DNA from: Raillietiella orientalis
Taxonomy: Eukaryota
Reading direction: 5' to 3'
DNA: 64,000 bases
Assembly: GCA_036172245.1 (NCBI GenBank)
Contig: JAYWIR010000004.1
Location: 2,542,001 to 2,606,000, forward strand
This document shows positions 25,100 through 38,150 of the stretch, one piece after another. A model generated the notes under the pieces. That model was not told where the DNA came from. It did no database searches and saw nothing but the letters and a program-made list of their open reading frames with translations. The position numbers and the translations under genes were made by a program. Position 1 is the first letter of the stretch. Each line of letters opens with the position of its first letter.

Positions 25100-27680
25100 A
25101 CTATTATCGGAATTGATCAATACTTTTGGCATGCGATTTTGTGAGGGAGGGATATCTGTTGACGACAGCTTGACGGGAATCATGTCCCTGGTGATGCCCT
25201 TCACCAATGACCGAGTAGCACTGGGAACCCGCAAAATGCAGTCAATGCAGTCTGGAACATCCAAGCAAACAAACAAAAATTAAAAAAGCGTCCACTTCAG
25301 GCTTCGAATTTATTTGGCCGCTGCAATTTTAAATGCCAGTCGCCTCCAGAGGAAAGAGGACCGAAGACCGTGAATGAAATCCGTCTTTCCCGAAAACGAG
25401 AGGGAAAGGAATTCGACGTCTCTTGGGAAGCCTGGAGGACACTTCGTCAGCTCGTCGCCAAAGCTAAAAATCAGGTGAAAACCTGGACAACGGACGCTCA
25501 GCACGGGCGCGCACACGAATCGAGCTCGCATCGGTGGTGGTGGTTTGTGCAGGTCATCGTTTTTAGTACTGTGGATCCTCTGTAGAATTCGAACGCCCGT
25601 AGTGCTGCTGCCGAAAGGCTTGGCGAAGTCAGACCCCGAAGGACTTTTTTTTTGGCTTTTGCCTCGTCGGAATGATTATTCCTTAAATGCTGATGCTTAT
25701 GGACCTATGCATCAAGTAAATCGTATGCTAGCTGCTCATCTTCTTACCATACCTCTCATCCCTTTCGTTCATTGGAACAAGAGAAAGTACGTAATGATCC
25801 CATGGTCAAATTGATACTCCATTCTTTTACTATGCATCATTTTCTGGTTTGATTCATGTATCCAACAAGCTGAAGTCTCCGCTCCAAATAGGAGTCCTGA
25901 GCACGTAATAAACTCATGCATCATGATGATGAGGGCTTCCAGACTGTGAACTCTGACGGGGGCCTTGTTCTCCTCACGTACAACCAGACGAAAGAAAAAA
26001 CTCCATTTCCACTTTTCAGTGCTATGTACACGATATCCACCAAGAAATCCCCTGATCGATTTCCCTCGTGCATTATTATTTTTTTTTTTTTTAAGTCACT
26101 GAGCACTGTCAGAGTGTCACAAGGTACAAAAATGTTCTGAACGTACATGAATTGGGGAAAGAGATTTGCATCTGATTCTGAGCTGGCTGGCCACAGACGT
26201 CTCCAAAGAGATCCACGTTTCATCGAAAGGAGAAAGAAATGCTCTCACACGAATGACAAGAAGCATCTGGATATGAAGCGAGGTTCGACATATTCCTAGC
26301 AACGTTGTTCGGCAATCACGAGGCAATCAGTTCGTCACTGCAACGCCTGGCAACTCCTGACGAACTGAATGCAAAAATCTTTCAAGTTTTTAAATGCAAC
26401 CTCGATTATTTATTTAAGAACGGATCCGTATCTCTTGTGAAGAAGGAAAAAAAAAAAAATAATGCACGAATCTTCAGGAAATCTTCGAAATGAGGAACAT
26501 GCAACAGAGTGGCATGGCATAATTTTGGAACAGTTCTCTTGATGTGTGCTGAACCATGCAGCTGGAAACTCTTTACATCTAAGGAAAACAACGTATTTAT
26601 TCGTTTTCTTCGCCTGTGATCAATTTTTATCCTAGACCCACTTTGAAGATAAGATATGGGAGCGCCTCGAAGCTTGCCGAAATTGAACTGGAGCTTACAA
26701 GATCCACAAGATACCTTGAGTAAAAATGAAGCATTATCATGTTAGCAATACTCGATCTGGACTCCACCTATGATATCTGACAGGGAAACTTTCATCACTA
26801 CACGATGAAAGCAGATGATGAGCCATCTGCGGTGTGCAGCAGCGTACCTCGAAGCATGTTGTCAAGCACGTTCTGGAACGGTGGTGGGGGAACATGGGAA
26901 ATCAGGGTCTGCACAACCTGAGCTTCTTGCACGAATGCACATTAAGCTGTCGCTGTCACAGCTGTCTCAGTTCACACGTCTGAAACAGGCTTTCGAGAAG
27001 ACCTCGATGACCGCTGCACATTTATTCGCGACCCCTTTAAGAAGTGTTCACAAGCCGCCGCCACTGATTTGCCTACTCTGCAGCTCTGTCACAAAGTCCT
27101 CACTTCTGTCCCTCGTCAGAGCTCTGTTTCGCTTCGGGAACCCCATGAAGTTCCTCCTGCCTGGCATGCCTCGACTAGGGCACTTCCCTTGCAGCTTCGG
27201 TCTCAAGCAGCAAGTTCAAAGCTGAACCTTGTTCTTAGGAGTTTGCATGCTGCCATCTTCCATGGAAAAATGCAACCAAAAAAGAGAAGCAGGCACGGCT
27301 GAGATGACCGCAATGCAACAACTTGCTCTCTCCGTGCAAACTTCGCAGTTTTCAATTCCGAGCTTGCTCCAGTGTACAAACCGAGGATCCACTCCTTGCA
27401 GTGAGCAGTAGACCCCTGTACATACTGATAAATAGGATACCAATCTAGATTCCATGCGTATATTCTGAACAACCACCGGTGCAATCAATGAAATAAAGAA
27501 ACACCCTGCTTGTCTACCCCATGCGACACATCACCAAGGCAAGTCCAACCTTTTCTTGTTTCCTTCTTTTCCCAAAGTGCAAGAGATCATTAGTTAGGAC
27601 GCTCGAGTAATTGGTTTCCTCTGTCCCTCGAAATAAGAGCTTCGTCGAAACATGTTCGAAATGCTTTACTCAGCTTAGTA
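25100..27680 (+). mobile_element. Decayed Utopia/NeSL-like element (RT to RLE)
   Basis: Ordered echoes: RKREGKEFDVSW, SDGGLVLL (~ADDLVLL), NAWQL (~APWQK), SKLNLV (~ARLNL), VRTLE*LV (~VG.LG.W). Confidence 0.5.
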
Positions 27681-28399
27681 GCCAACATTAATTTTCATTT
27701 ATTCTTAGAGAATATTTTTTTTTTTTTTTTAGTTTAAATCGACCATTTTCATCGGTTTTTATGAATCCCCCGATGCGGGATCGGATCGGCCCTCGCATCC
27801 GGAATTGAAAATCGACTGATTTCCCGAAAAGGGAGGGAGAGAAAGGGAGTCGAAATATTTTCAATGCGTCAAGCACTCAGTTGGCAGTAATTTTACATTT
27901 ATGCAGCGATTAATAACAATTTCATCTTTTCCTCATGAATGCATGTGAGCACGGCCATGAAAAATCATTTTGCATCTCACTCGTTCTCATTTTAACCATT
28001 CACCTGACACGGAAGAAAGCTCAAGCTCCAAATGGATTCGGGTTGATGATGTTGACAGCCTCTCGAACTGCATCTCTTGCCCTCTCGTCCAAAGGCACAC
28101 CTGTTCCATGTAAATCTGCTGCCGTTTGAACATCCCTTGATCAAAGAACACCTGAAAGCAACGACACTTCGAGTGTTACATTTTAAGTGTGCTCTGCAGT
28201 ATTCGATTTCTGTCTGGAAGGCCCTTTCCTCATCTTGTTTTCCTTTCTGCATCAACGCGTATGTTCGTGGAAGGAAGGAATAAAGAGTGAACGTTACCGA
28301 GCATTCGCGATGCCAAATGTGACACGCCTGTGAGACTTCCGACAACGTGCGATCCTCTAGAAATTTCTTCCAGCTTGATAATTAGGCGAGCTAGTTTAT

Positions 28400-29750
28400 G
28401 GGTAAACTTCCATTGCGTAATGCATTTGTCGATTTCCACTTTGCTGCTTATCTCCAGTGCTATAAAGAATTGAAATAACTCAATAAATGGAAAGGGCAGA
28501 GTAAAAGCGGAAACTTCATCCCTCCATCCTTACTTCAGCTGCCCGTTGTACGAGCAAATGTTTTTCTGGAAACGATCTACCCAAGTACTTCTTTTCGGAA
28601 CTGAGTTGCCACGGAGGAGAAGCAGACGTAGGAGGTGAGTACCTGCAAAACCAGCAAAGCTGAAGCCTCTGTTAATGACACCTTGCTTAAACGTGCATGC
28701 CCCGGTTTTAGAGCACGGAAATGGTACGCTTTCACTTAACGAGTGCACGTGGTCGTGTGATCTCGAAAGCTAATAGATAGCCATCTCAGGCGTGGAGGAA
28801 CACTTTGTCTTCATTTCGGGTTATTTTTAGGTCATTTCCGATGGAAACTGGTCGCGAGCCTTAACGATCTCCTTCCTTGCGTGTTCGGTGGCTGCATCCG
28901 CCGAGAACGACCATCCCATCCAGGGAGATGGTGACGCGCGCTCCCTTCGATCTGCCTCTCTTCTGCAAAGGGACGTTCCCGATTTCCATATCAGCCTCCT
29001 TCATAAAAGTTGCATGTGACTGTGGATTCGTCCTTCCTAGGAAACTTTTTTTCCTCTATTTCATGTTTTTTTTTGTGTGTTTTTTTTTTTCTGAATTTGC
29101 ATCTTCGCAGCATTTGTGTTTGCTGCCTCCAACATTCCTTCCGCACTCAGGAGATCATAGACCCACGTACTGAACATTCGGCTGCGGAACCTTCTCGAGA
29201 ATTCCGATTCTCTCTGCTTTCAGCCCCATGACACGGCTCCGTATAATTGTCAGCAGATTCATGCACTGATAATATCGGGAAGTTGCTCTGTTGCAGATGG
29301 AAAATAAAGAAATAAATAGATTCGCGACGCTCCATCTGCTGTGTCCGAAAAGCAGATTTCTTGTTAGACTGTTGGGTTATCCAAGGTTGGTTTAGCCAGG
29401 TACCTCTGACCAAATGGGACCTTCCTTTTTTCTTTTTTTCAAACATCCAAGCAAGGTTGCCCTCTGCGGGAGTTGACTGATTGCGGCACCTATGAAAAGG
29501 CACAACGGTACTATCAAAGGATTTGTTCTCAACCCTTTACCTTTATTACTTCAATTAGCGATGAATAAAAGCAACCCACCGAAAACACTGCTGTAATCAA
29601 AGAACCACCCTTCAGCTGCCCTGCAGACATCATTTGCTCGCAATGAGATGATTTCAGATTTGTCGTTTTCTGGCATCTCCGGTGCTCGCACTCTTCGTTC
29701 GTCTCTTTACGTGTGTTGGAGGTCATTTTTTATACTGCATATGTTTATAT
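28400..29750 (-). mobile_element. Decayed RLE-class RT fragment
   Basis: VPFHRCRN (~F.PFDG..E), KGRSHLVRGTWLN (~R.L.VAWLD), NPK, DRFQK (~PWQK), in order. Confidence 0.45.
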
Positions 29751-30429
29751 GTTACATATCTGTGTAGAAAATGAAAGCCTTTTAACATGCATGATTCACG
29801 ATACCTAGGCTGACTCACCATTCACTCAAAAAAAAAAAAAAAAAAAAGAAGGGAAAAGGAAGTCTAATTTAATTACCAATTCAGCTAATCTGGAGTTCAT
29901 TAACGAGGTTTGGTTACTTTCAGTAATCGCACGCTCATCGTTTACCATCCTAAATTGACACGCCGTGAAACCTCATTACGCACTTCGGATTCCTTATGTG
30001 TAATAATCCGTATTAGTGACGCGTGTACATTTTAGCAGCGTACCATTATCCACTATTTTAAAATACGAATGTTTCACAATCGCCGTTCTGATTATGCGGC
30101 TCCAGAATTCGTTGCAAAATGATCTCAGTAATTCACATCTCGCATGGCCGGGAGCGAGCGATCGTGACTCCTAGTTTCGCAAGCAAGTTCATCATGATTT
30201 ACCATATTACTGCCAGCAACCTAATAGTAAGCCTGCTCTGTGTGATTTCTGGTGACTCGTTGCTTTGTGGGAATGCTTCAGAGCTCGAGGAACGTCGAGT
30301 AGGTGTTACCATGGTTACCTTTCGTGTGCAAAGATTGATTTACTCCACCACTGCGAGCGTCACGCTAACAGATGTATATATATACACACACACATATATA
30401 TATAAATAAAAAGAAATCCCATGACACAG

Positions 30430-31100
30430 GATCCCGTGGAGCTACAGCGCTCCAGGGAGGCTTCCAACCCATTTCTGCCGTTTGCATTCGTCGGTCCCCA
30501 TTCAACTTCCCCTCACGTTACTGTACGCACTCGTGCTAGTCGGTACGAAGTTTGCCTTTCCTATCTGCATCTGATAACCGTACCACAATAATCAGCGTCT
30601 TGGGTTTGCCTCCCCGCCTTCTCCCGAAGCAGAACTGAGGGCGAGAAGGGATGCAGGGAGGTCCAAGGTCTGGCCAGAAGACCCGGCCCCCTCGCTCATG
30701 GAACGGGACGGAGCGCGCGCGCGCGAGCAGCGCAAAGAGGCGGGTCCAGGCCCAGTCGGAAGGTGGAGCCACGCTCTTTCTGAGCCACCGCGGCGGCGAG
30801 GCGCTCGCGCGTCACGGTGGCTCCTCGCAGCCCTCTCCGGGATGCGGGGACCTCCGGGCTGAAGCAGCTCTGCAGAGTTCCCACCGAAGGAGCACTCGTG
30901 GAGCTCCTGCAGCCCACCCGCCCGCAGGGGGAGCTGCCTCCGTGCCCTGCCCGCCCGCAGGAGGCGTCCACCGCTCGGGCGGTGATAACAGAGGCGCCGC
31001 CCAGAAGATGCCAATCCGGCGTGCTTTGGCCGGGACGAGGTCCCTCGGCGGACGGTCTGAAAGACGGGTCCCAGCGTCCGCCGTGCCGTCCTCCCGAGGC
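30430..31100 (-). mobile_element. Decayed Utopia-like zinc-knuckle/RLE fragment
   Basis: TVTRERLAAAV (~RH.AV..RL..AV), KTLIIVV, WVGSLPG (~VG.LG). Confidence 0.4.
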
Positions 31101-31548
31101 AGAGAAGTGACATCTACTGCCTGACGGCGGCAGGGAGGAAGTGGCAAAACCCCTCGGGGAAGATAGCCACCGGTTCGACTCGGAGCATTCGGCAGTCCAT
31201 GAGGTCCTCTCAGACGGAGCTTCGCCGCTCGGGTGCTGCCGCTCTTGCGGTTCCGGGACATCCAGCTTGGCGAGCGCCGACACCTTGCAGCGAGAAGGAG
31301 GCCGATCCACCCACCCTCTCCCCCAGAAGGGGCGTTCGTCCCATTCTCTAGCGCCCTCTACTGGATTCGCTCCGTGTGGGTGCGCTCTCAGCGGGGGGCA
31401 ACTTTCCGTCCTTGCGAGGTATCTGAACACAAGATTCCTGCTGCTGCTGCTCGAAGGGAAGCTCCCTATAGTTGCGACCGCACACACGCACACATACGCA
31501 TATATACATATATGCATGTATTATGTATGTTTCTGCCGCTTTCCCCTA

Positions 31549-32020
31549 CTGGGCAGGACGAAGAAGCAAGGGGAACCCTGGAAGAGGCCCGCAGCGATCC
31601 TGGCGTGTAGACTGGTCCTTGCGATATGGATGGGGTGCAGGGGCGAACTGCCTAACCATCCAGTGAATGCAGATTCTCCCCTACCTGCCGAAATCTTCCT
31701 CAGGACAGATCAGTCGAAGAGGAGGTAGAATGAAGTCTCCCCATTCCGCGGAGGGGAGTTACCTCGAACGACCCTTAGGCTCCGAACTGGCAAGGATTCC
31801 AGATCGCTCGGACGCCGCGGCTCGGACTGCCCGACCCATCAGCGCCCAGTGGCTCTGGCAGAAATAGCTTCTATGGGATAAACAAAGCGTCAGATCACGA
31901 CGCTTGCTGGATCCCACGAGAGGCGTCGGCTGCTACGGCAGACGGATGGTGACCATGGAAGTCGGCAGCAACTCACCTGCCAAGGCGACTGACCCTGAAA
32001 GTAGACGGCGCTTGGGCGTC
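31549..32020 (+). pseudogene. Degenerate 28S rDNA fragment
   Basis: Many blocks collinear with conserved eukaryotic 28S: CTGGGCAGGACGAAG, GAGGCCCGCAGCGATCCTGGCGTG, AGGGGCGAA...AACCATCCAGT, CCGAAATCTTCCTCAGGA, GGTGACCATGGAAGTCGG...CAACTCACCTGCC...CCCTGAAAGTAGACGGCGCT. Numerous indels. Confidence 0.85.
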
Positions 32021-32499
32021 AAGTCCCCACCCAAATTGGAAGGGAACCAGGATGCATCGAACCGTCCAGTGACTTCTGGTCCCCTCCCCCTCTCCCTCCA
32101 ATTTTCCCTCGAAACAGCTGGCGCAAAGTTGGAGATTCCCCGGCGACCGAAACCACGCCATTATGGATGGCCGCCTACGGCGGCTTCCACCAGGTGCGAT
32201 GCGCCCGCTCGCGGAAGGAGGAGGGGTGGAAGAGTGTGCGGGCATCGCGTGGAAAGCAGGGGTCGGGAATCCTGGGCGACCCAAGGCATGGAGGAGGTGG
32301 TGACTCGTCGTCGCCTCGCGGCACTGGCAGACGCAGGTCACGTAGCTGCCGTGTAAAGGCCGCTCCCTAAGCTTCAGATCCTCCACCGTCTTCCCCGCCA
32401 CGCAGTCCCCCTTCCTTCCTTTCCCAGAAATCCCTGCCGGGGCAGTCCTCCTCGTCCTTCCTCCCGTGGAGAGAACCATCGAGGTCACACGAACCACCG

Positions 32500-33450
32500 A
32501 GGGTTTCGAAGACTCCCGGATGCGACTGACGATTGTTTGTCACCTGGTCACGCTCGGAAGCGTTTATTTACATACAGATGAATTCTACATGCGTGTCAAG
32601 GCAGACCGCCACAGGACTCGCCACCTTTCTACGAAGTCCGGGCCACTCCTCGGGCCCGAGCATGCGGAGTCATCGGGTGTTTGCCTGGGGGAGCTGCAGG
32701 GTAGACTGGACCGCGTACAGAGACTGCTCGCACGGAGCCCTCCTCTACACAATGGATCAAGAAGGGGTGGATGGGACAGCCTGGACCTCGGGGGAACACC
32801 CTCTCGGGGTCCCTCGCGCTCGCAGTCGGAGCGTCCGAGGAGGATGCGCGCCGAGGTGTACCGGCCCGGATGAACGGTATGACCCACGGAGGTGCTCTCC
32901 CACCGGCAAAACTCGCCACCGGGAAAGCACGATGCGTTGATCCCCCCCACGTTGCTCAGCGTCTCTCACTTCCGGCCCCATGCAGAAGGGATCGGGTGCG
33001 GGTTTCCCCGATTCCCGTTCGGTGCGTGCGGGTCGGCTGCGAGCCATGCAGCTCGGAGGCGGCGACGACCACGTACCGGATGCTGCGCAGCAGATGCGCG
33101 GCCCGGGGGGAAGCCTGCCGCAGCACATGATGGGCGTCGTCTGCATGATAGGTTCGACAACCCCCGCAGCGAGCTGGGGGTATGGCGGCGAGGCGCCGGT
33201 CCATGCGTCCCATTCCACGGGCGGGCCTCAGGTCTCCGCTGTCACCCTGTCCCGCAGGGCAAACGTCCCTCTCGACATCGTCTTGTCCGTTTGCGAGCGG
33301 CCTCCAGCGGCACCTGGAAAGAATCCAGGAGGAAGAGGCGGGGATGAGGGGAGAAGGGGGAAGAGAGGGCACCCTGGAGCCATGGCACCACGGGGAGGGG
33401 AGTGACCCGCCTCTCTAGGCCCCTCGCACGGCTGGCGTCCCGTGGTTCGA
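32500..33450 (+). mobile_element. Decayed RLE-class RT core
   Basis: WDSLDLG (~WLD), MNGMTHGGALPP (~GV.QG..LSP), QLGGGDDHV (~LAFADD.V), in order. Confidence 0.55.
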
Positions 33451-35140
33451 GGGACCCATGAGCAATAAGTCCCCAAGGGAGTGGAGGGAGCACTGGAAAC
33501 AGGAAATGCGCTAGCGGCGCTTCAGAGATTGGCCGCCCAGTCTCCGAGCGAGCCGCCGCCGCCTGATCGCCCTCGCTCGCGCAAGTGGCCGAAGATATCA
33601 GGAGAAGCGGGGGCTGCGCGCCCGGGATGCGAGCATCTCCCTGCCTTTGTTCACCCGCCTCCGACATTCCGTCCTTGCGCCGGGTGTTCCCGCCCGCGCA
33701 TTTGTCCGAGCCGAGTGTTGCACTACCGGACGGATCGATGACCGGATGTTCCAGGTCGCGGAGGGGAAGGTATCCCGCCGCCTTCCTCCTGCTCCTGCGC
33801 GCCCCTCCTTTCCCTCCTCCCCTCCTTTTCCTCTCCTGTCTGTCCCGGTGGCGACTGACCCGAGGCTGCGAGCGAAGCCTCGCGTGGGCAGGGCAACTCG
33901 GGATCTCCACGGGCAGACGAAGAGGAATCGTTGGAGTGCCTCCCGGGGCGCAAGAACGGATCGACCCGCGGATATCCGGAGAGCCTGGCAACGCCTCGAA
34001 TGATCCCTTGGAACCGGCCCCGAACCGGAAGACCCAGGGAAACCAAGAATTCAAGTGTGGGGAGGGAAGAACAGAAAGCACTCTTAAAAAAAAAAAAAAA
34101 AAACACCTAAAATAAAAAAGATGAAGCTCGCCGGAAAGCCTCTTGTTGAAAGATCGGAAAGCGCAAGGAGCCAACGGGAAGACTGACGTACGGGATCTCG
34201 GAGGCGAACCACGAGGATTCGGAGGCATGGGTGCCTCGCCGGGAGAAGCACGGCGGACCCACCCCTTCCGACGGGGTGCCGAAATGCTGTCGGCATCCTA
34301 AAATCCGGAAGCGCGCTCACAGGTTCATCGGAAAGCGTTCTGAGTATCTTCTCGAGACGCGGTGGGGGAAAGGGGGACGAGAGATCAGCCCTCGCAGCGG
34401 AGATCGCAGGAGTTGCCCTTCAGTCCAGTAGGCGCATCCAGAATTGCCTCGGGAAGAACTGGATGAGGGACTGAGGGAGGAGTTTCTTTCTCTTTCCCAC
34501 CCTCCTTTCCTCGTCCTTCAAGGGCCGTCCCGGAGCCTTGGAGAAGTCGATAGGACCGCGGAGGCTCTTTCAGCGACCGGAAGGCAAACTCTGGGGTCAT
34601 CTGACCCTCTCCTCTCAAAGCACGCCCCTTTGGGAGGGAAAGGGGAAGGAGGAGGGAGGCACATCGAGAGTGAGGAAGCGCCTGCAAGATTCCGTTGCTC
34701 TGGATTGCGGGCGGATCCTCTCCAGTCTCTGTCGTGTTGGAGCAGCTGCCACCCCAATGAAAAGAGGAGACCCCGTGGGGAAGGAGGAAGCGAGGTCAAT
34801 CCAGCAGCTCCTTCCCGCCTCCCGTCTTGCGTTGCATCCGAAGGGAAGCTCTCCAGACGCAGTCGCAACGACCTTACAGGGAAGGAACCTCTGCCGATAG
34901 GAAGAGGAGAGATCCTCGACCTGGATGGCGTCGCGCCGGCTGAGAAGAGCCCGGGCCGCCTCCCGCGGCGGCCGGAGGTCGGGCGATCGACGCCCCCCCC
35001 CCGTGCTTGCAAAGTCTGCGGAAAGGAGCGGCAGGGGGAGCAGCACTGCTCACCACGAGGCAAGACCACGGGGCGACGGTGTTCAGACCGCGTATTCTTG
35101 GCCACCGCCGCGAGGAGAGGGCCCTCGACAAGAGTCCCTG

Positions 35141-35739
35141 CTTTGCCACACCCCTCTGGAGAGCAGTGGAAGCGCACTGTTTCCTCTGCTCCTGCTAACC
35201 CCCAGGTCTGGACTCCCTCCTGGTCACCGCCTGACCTCCTGAAGTCACTCTCACCGAAGCGCGGGAGGCACTTCAGGACAGGAGGGAGCTGCTCTCGCCT
35301 CCCCCTTTCCACGGAAAATGGCCTCTACTGGAGGTGCTCCGGGCTGTCTTTGGGAGCGCGGTGGGCAGGCCTCCGAAGTTTCAGGCAGCAGCCGAGGACG
35401 CAGCTCTTGGGTGAGGGGGGGAGAGAGAATCCGTCCCTTGGTCAGCGTGTTTCATTGGCGCGCGGGAGGAGACCCTCCGCAGAGATTCCTCGTGGGAAGG
35501 AGCTCGGCAGGGCGGCAGCTCGAGGGAATCTGCAGTGCGGAAAAGCACACGTGGGGTGGGAGGAAGAGATACAAACAGGCAAGAGGGCGGAAGTCCCATC
35601 CCCTTCCCTCCATGGGACCTTGCCACCACGGCAGCGAAGCGCACAGTTTCCTCTGCTCCTGCCGACCTCCCACCTGGTCGCGCCGATGATAGCAACTCTC
35701 CCTGTCTCCACCTGACCTCCCGAATTCACTCTCGCCGAA
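35141..35739 (+). repeat. Diverged direct repeat, ~120 bp units at 35141-35258 and 35619-35739
   Basis: Shared GAAGCGCAC(T/A)GTTTCCTCTGCTCCTGC and CCTGACCTCC(T/C)GAA(G/T)TCACTCTC(A/G)CCGAA. Confidence 0.85.
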
Positions 35740-37299
35740 ACTCGGAAGAGATTCGACGAGGAAGGGGGTACATTCCCTGCTCAGAACCACTAGGTTAGGG
35801 GTTAAGGAACTCCGTCGTCGTCTCGGCTCGAGAGCCAGTCTAGAGGAGGGGAACTTTTGGTTCCGCAGGAGCTCCCTCCGGGAGTCCAAGGTAGCGGAGC
35901 GACCCGAAAGCCCCTTTTGTTGGTAAGGTCGCCTCTGCTCGTCCGTTGGCGCGACGGCGCATCTCCCCGGCCTCTGCAGCCGAAACGCACACAGTCCACT
36001 CCGGAAACGCTCCGGCAAGCTTACGGGAGGCGGTGCGCAGGCCTCTTCCACTGTCGTCCCGGCAGCTGGAGTCGGCGGCGTGAAGGAACCGCCTTTTGCT
36101 TGCGTGAAGGAAGGAGGGGAGATCGCGGACCTCCCGTCCTGAGATTTCAGGGCGACGAGCAGGAAGAACCGCCCTCCGCCCGACCGCATGAGCCGGCTAT
36201 TGCCGGTCCCTCACCTTCGTCCATCGTCTTGGAAAGTCAAGGATGACCTGCGACTCAGAGCGTCATGAGGCCTTGCTCATCCCCTCCACCGCCCGACTTG
36301 AAGAACGGGACCTTGGGCTCTCATCGCCCACTACGATCGCTGCCTTGGAGACCCACCGCGGTTGACTGAAGATCATTGGAAACAAGGTCTCTCCCGCCTC
36401 TGAAGAAAGGAATTCTTCATTCCTGAGAGCTCTGGCTCTTCTGATGCTGGGGTCTTTCACGCAACCAAAAAAAAAAAAATTTTTTTTCTTTTCCTCCGCT
36501 TCTTTACAGATCTTGAGTCGGCCGAGGAGGACGAACGCGCTCTGCAGAAGGGAACGGCGCACCGCGGGAAAATCAGGAAGACGCAGGCGAACGCATGCCA
36601 ACGGCGAAGGCACCGACGTCAGAATGGGCAACAGTCCCAGGAAAGCTTCCAGGCTGAGCGACGAAGGCTGACGGGGATCTCCAGGCTGAGCGAGACAGGA
36701 GCGGAACGTGCAGGAAACGTCAGCGTCCGGACCGCCGCAGCCGGCATCGTCCCCGATGCCCGCCTTCAGCCCTCGCACCCGCAGCCTCCTCCGCTTCCCT
36801 CCCTCGCATCTTCGTTCCTCACCAGGAGGCGACAAGGAGCGCTCCTCCGTTCCTGGGATTCTCGACTCTGATCCAAAGCTGCAGGAGGAAGGTGAAAAAG
36901 GGAACTGAGAAACACTTGAACGAGAGGGCACCCGTGACCATGGCGTGCACGAAGGAAAGGAAAACCCTGGTCTTCGTTGCCTGCAAAGATTCAACAGCCT
37001 TCAGGAGGGAAACGCTTCCACGAGCATCACCCAAATTCAGCCGCGACCGAAATGTGAAGGATATGAACGCGAATGCGGACAAAGTAACAACAACAAAAAG
37101 GGATGGAAAAAAGAATACTACGCTTAACGTCCACCTGAGGTCAAGAGGAGCGCGCAGAATTGGGTGAATTTGTCGTGGGAAAAGTGCCTAGAAAAATCCT
37201 GCCATAGAGCCAATTCACGGATGCTCCAGGCAGGTGCCGCGGGGAGGTGCGCAAGAGCGCAGTTTGTTTATCTGTTAATCCCACCTGATGAGAAAATTG

Positions 37300-38150
37300 T
37301 GGCCAATCACGATCGGTAATTGTGGGTCGGAGGCCTTCCCTCCCTAGCACCCGAGGAGGTGGTGTTGGTGCGGCCCGTTCGTGTTTCACCGCGAGGCCCG
37401 CTTGAACTCGCGCGCGCTCATGCGAGTCCGGGTCGCATACATCACAACGCGCTGCTTCACGTGGGAGCGGTCCCATTGCATCCGATGCGATTTCAGCTCG
37501 GGATGGACCTTGAAATCCCGGTTGCATTCCCGGGAATTGCGCCCTGAAGATCTTTACCCCCTGCGACATCTGTTGCCACGACTTCTGGAAGTGGTGATGC
37601 AGGATGCGGTGGCTCCTTAACCCTGGCCGCCTCACCCCTCGCGGTAGCGCTTTCTGCCCTCAGGGCAAGAAGGTGGGAACAGCAGCCTACCGGCGAGGTG
37701 GGAGTTTTCCTGCACCATCGCGGAAAAAGCAAAACTCCTCGGTTCCTGGGAGACGCTTGAGTTGGTGGATGCTGCCACTCGGGGTTCTGTGGCTGAGGGG
37801 CTCCCCCGGTGGGGAGAACTTCAGAGTGTTGCTCCTGAAGAACTTGTTGTCCCTCCCCATTGTGTGAACGGTCCGTTGTTCCCCCTCTCCTGGAAGCAGG
37901 CTGTACTGCTCTTCTTTCACTGAAGATTCCAGTGTAACGAGCGGCAGCATCGAGTTTCCGGAGGGATTGCATCCCCAAACTGTGAGAGGTGCGAGTCGAC
38001 GGCGTCGATCCCACTGCACCTGCTTTTGAACTGCGGTGCCCTCCAGGATCTGTGGTGGAGACTGGAAACAGGAGGACATCGCCCGAGACATGCTGCGGCT
38101 GTTCTTCGCGCCGAGAGGTCTTTCGACGGGCGCAGTTACTGTAACCATGG
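37300..38150 (+). mobile_element. Decayed Utopia-like C-terminal fragment
   Basis: FHREARLN (~FIHRARLN), ETLELV (~ETL.HV), CGALQDLW (~GALG.W). Confidence 0.45.

Noticed and set aside
30010..30026. ATTAGTGACGCG 12-mer matching 28S just downstream of the R2 site (also ACTGTCCCTATC near 42005)
   Set aside because: Isolated 12-mers with no collinear flanking similarity.
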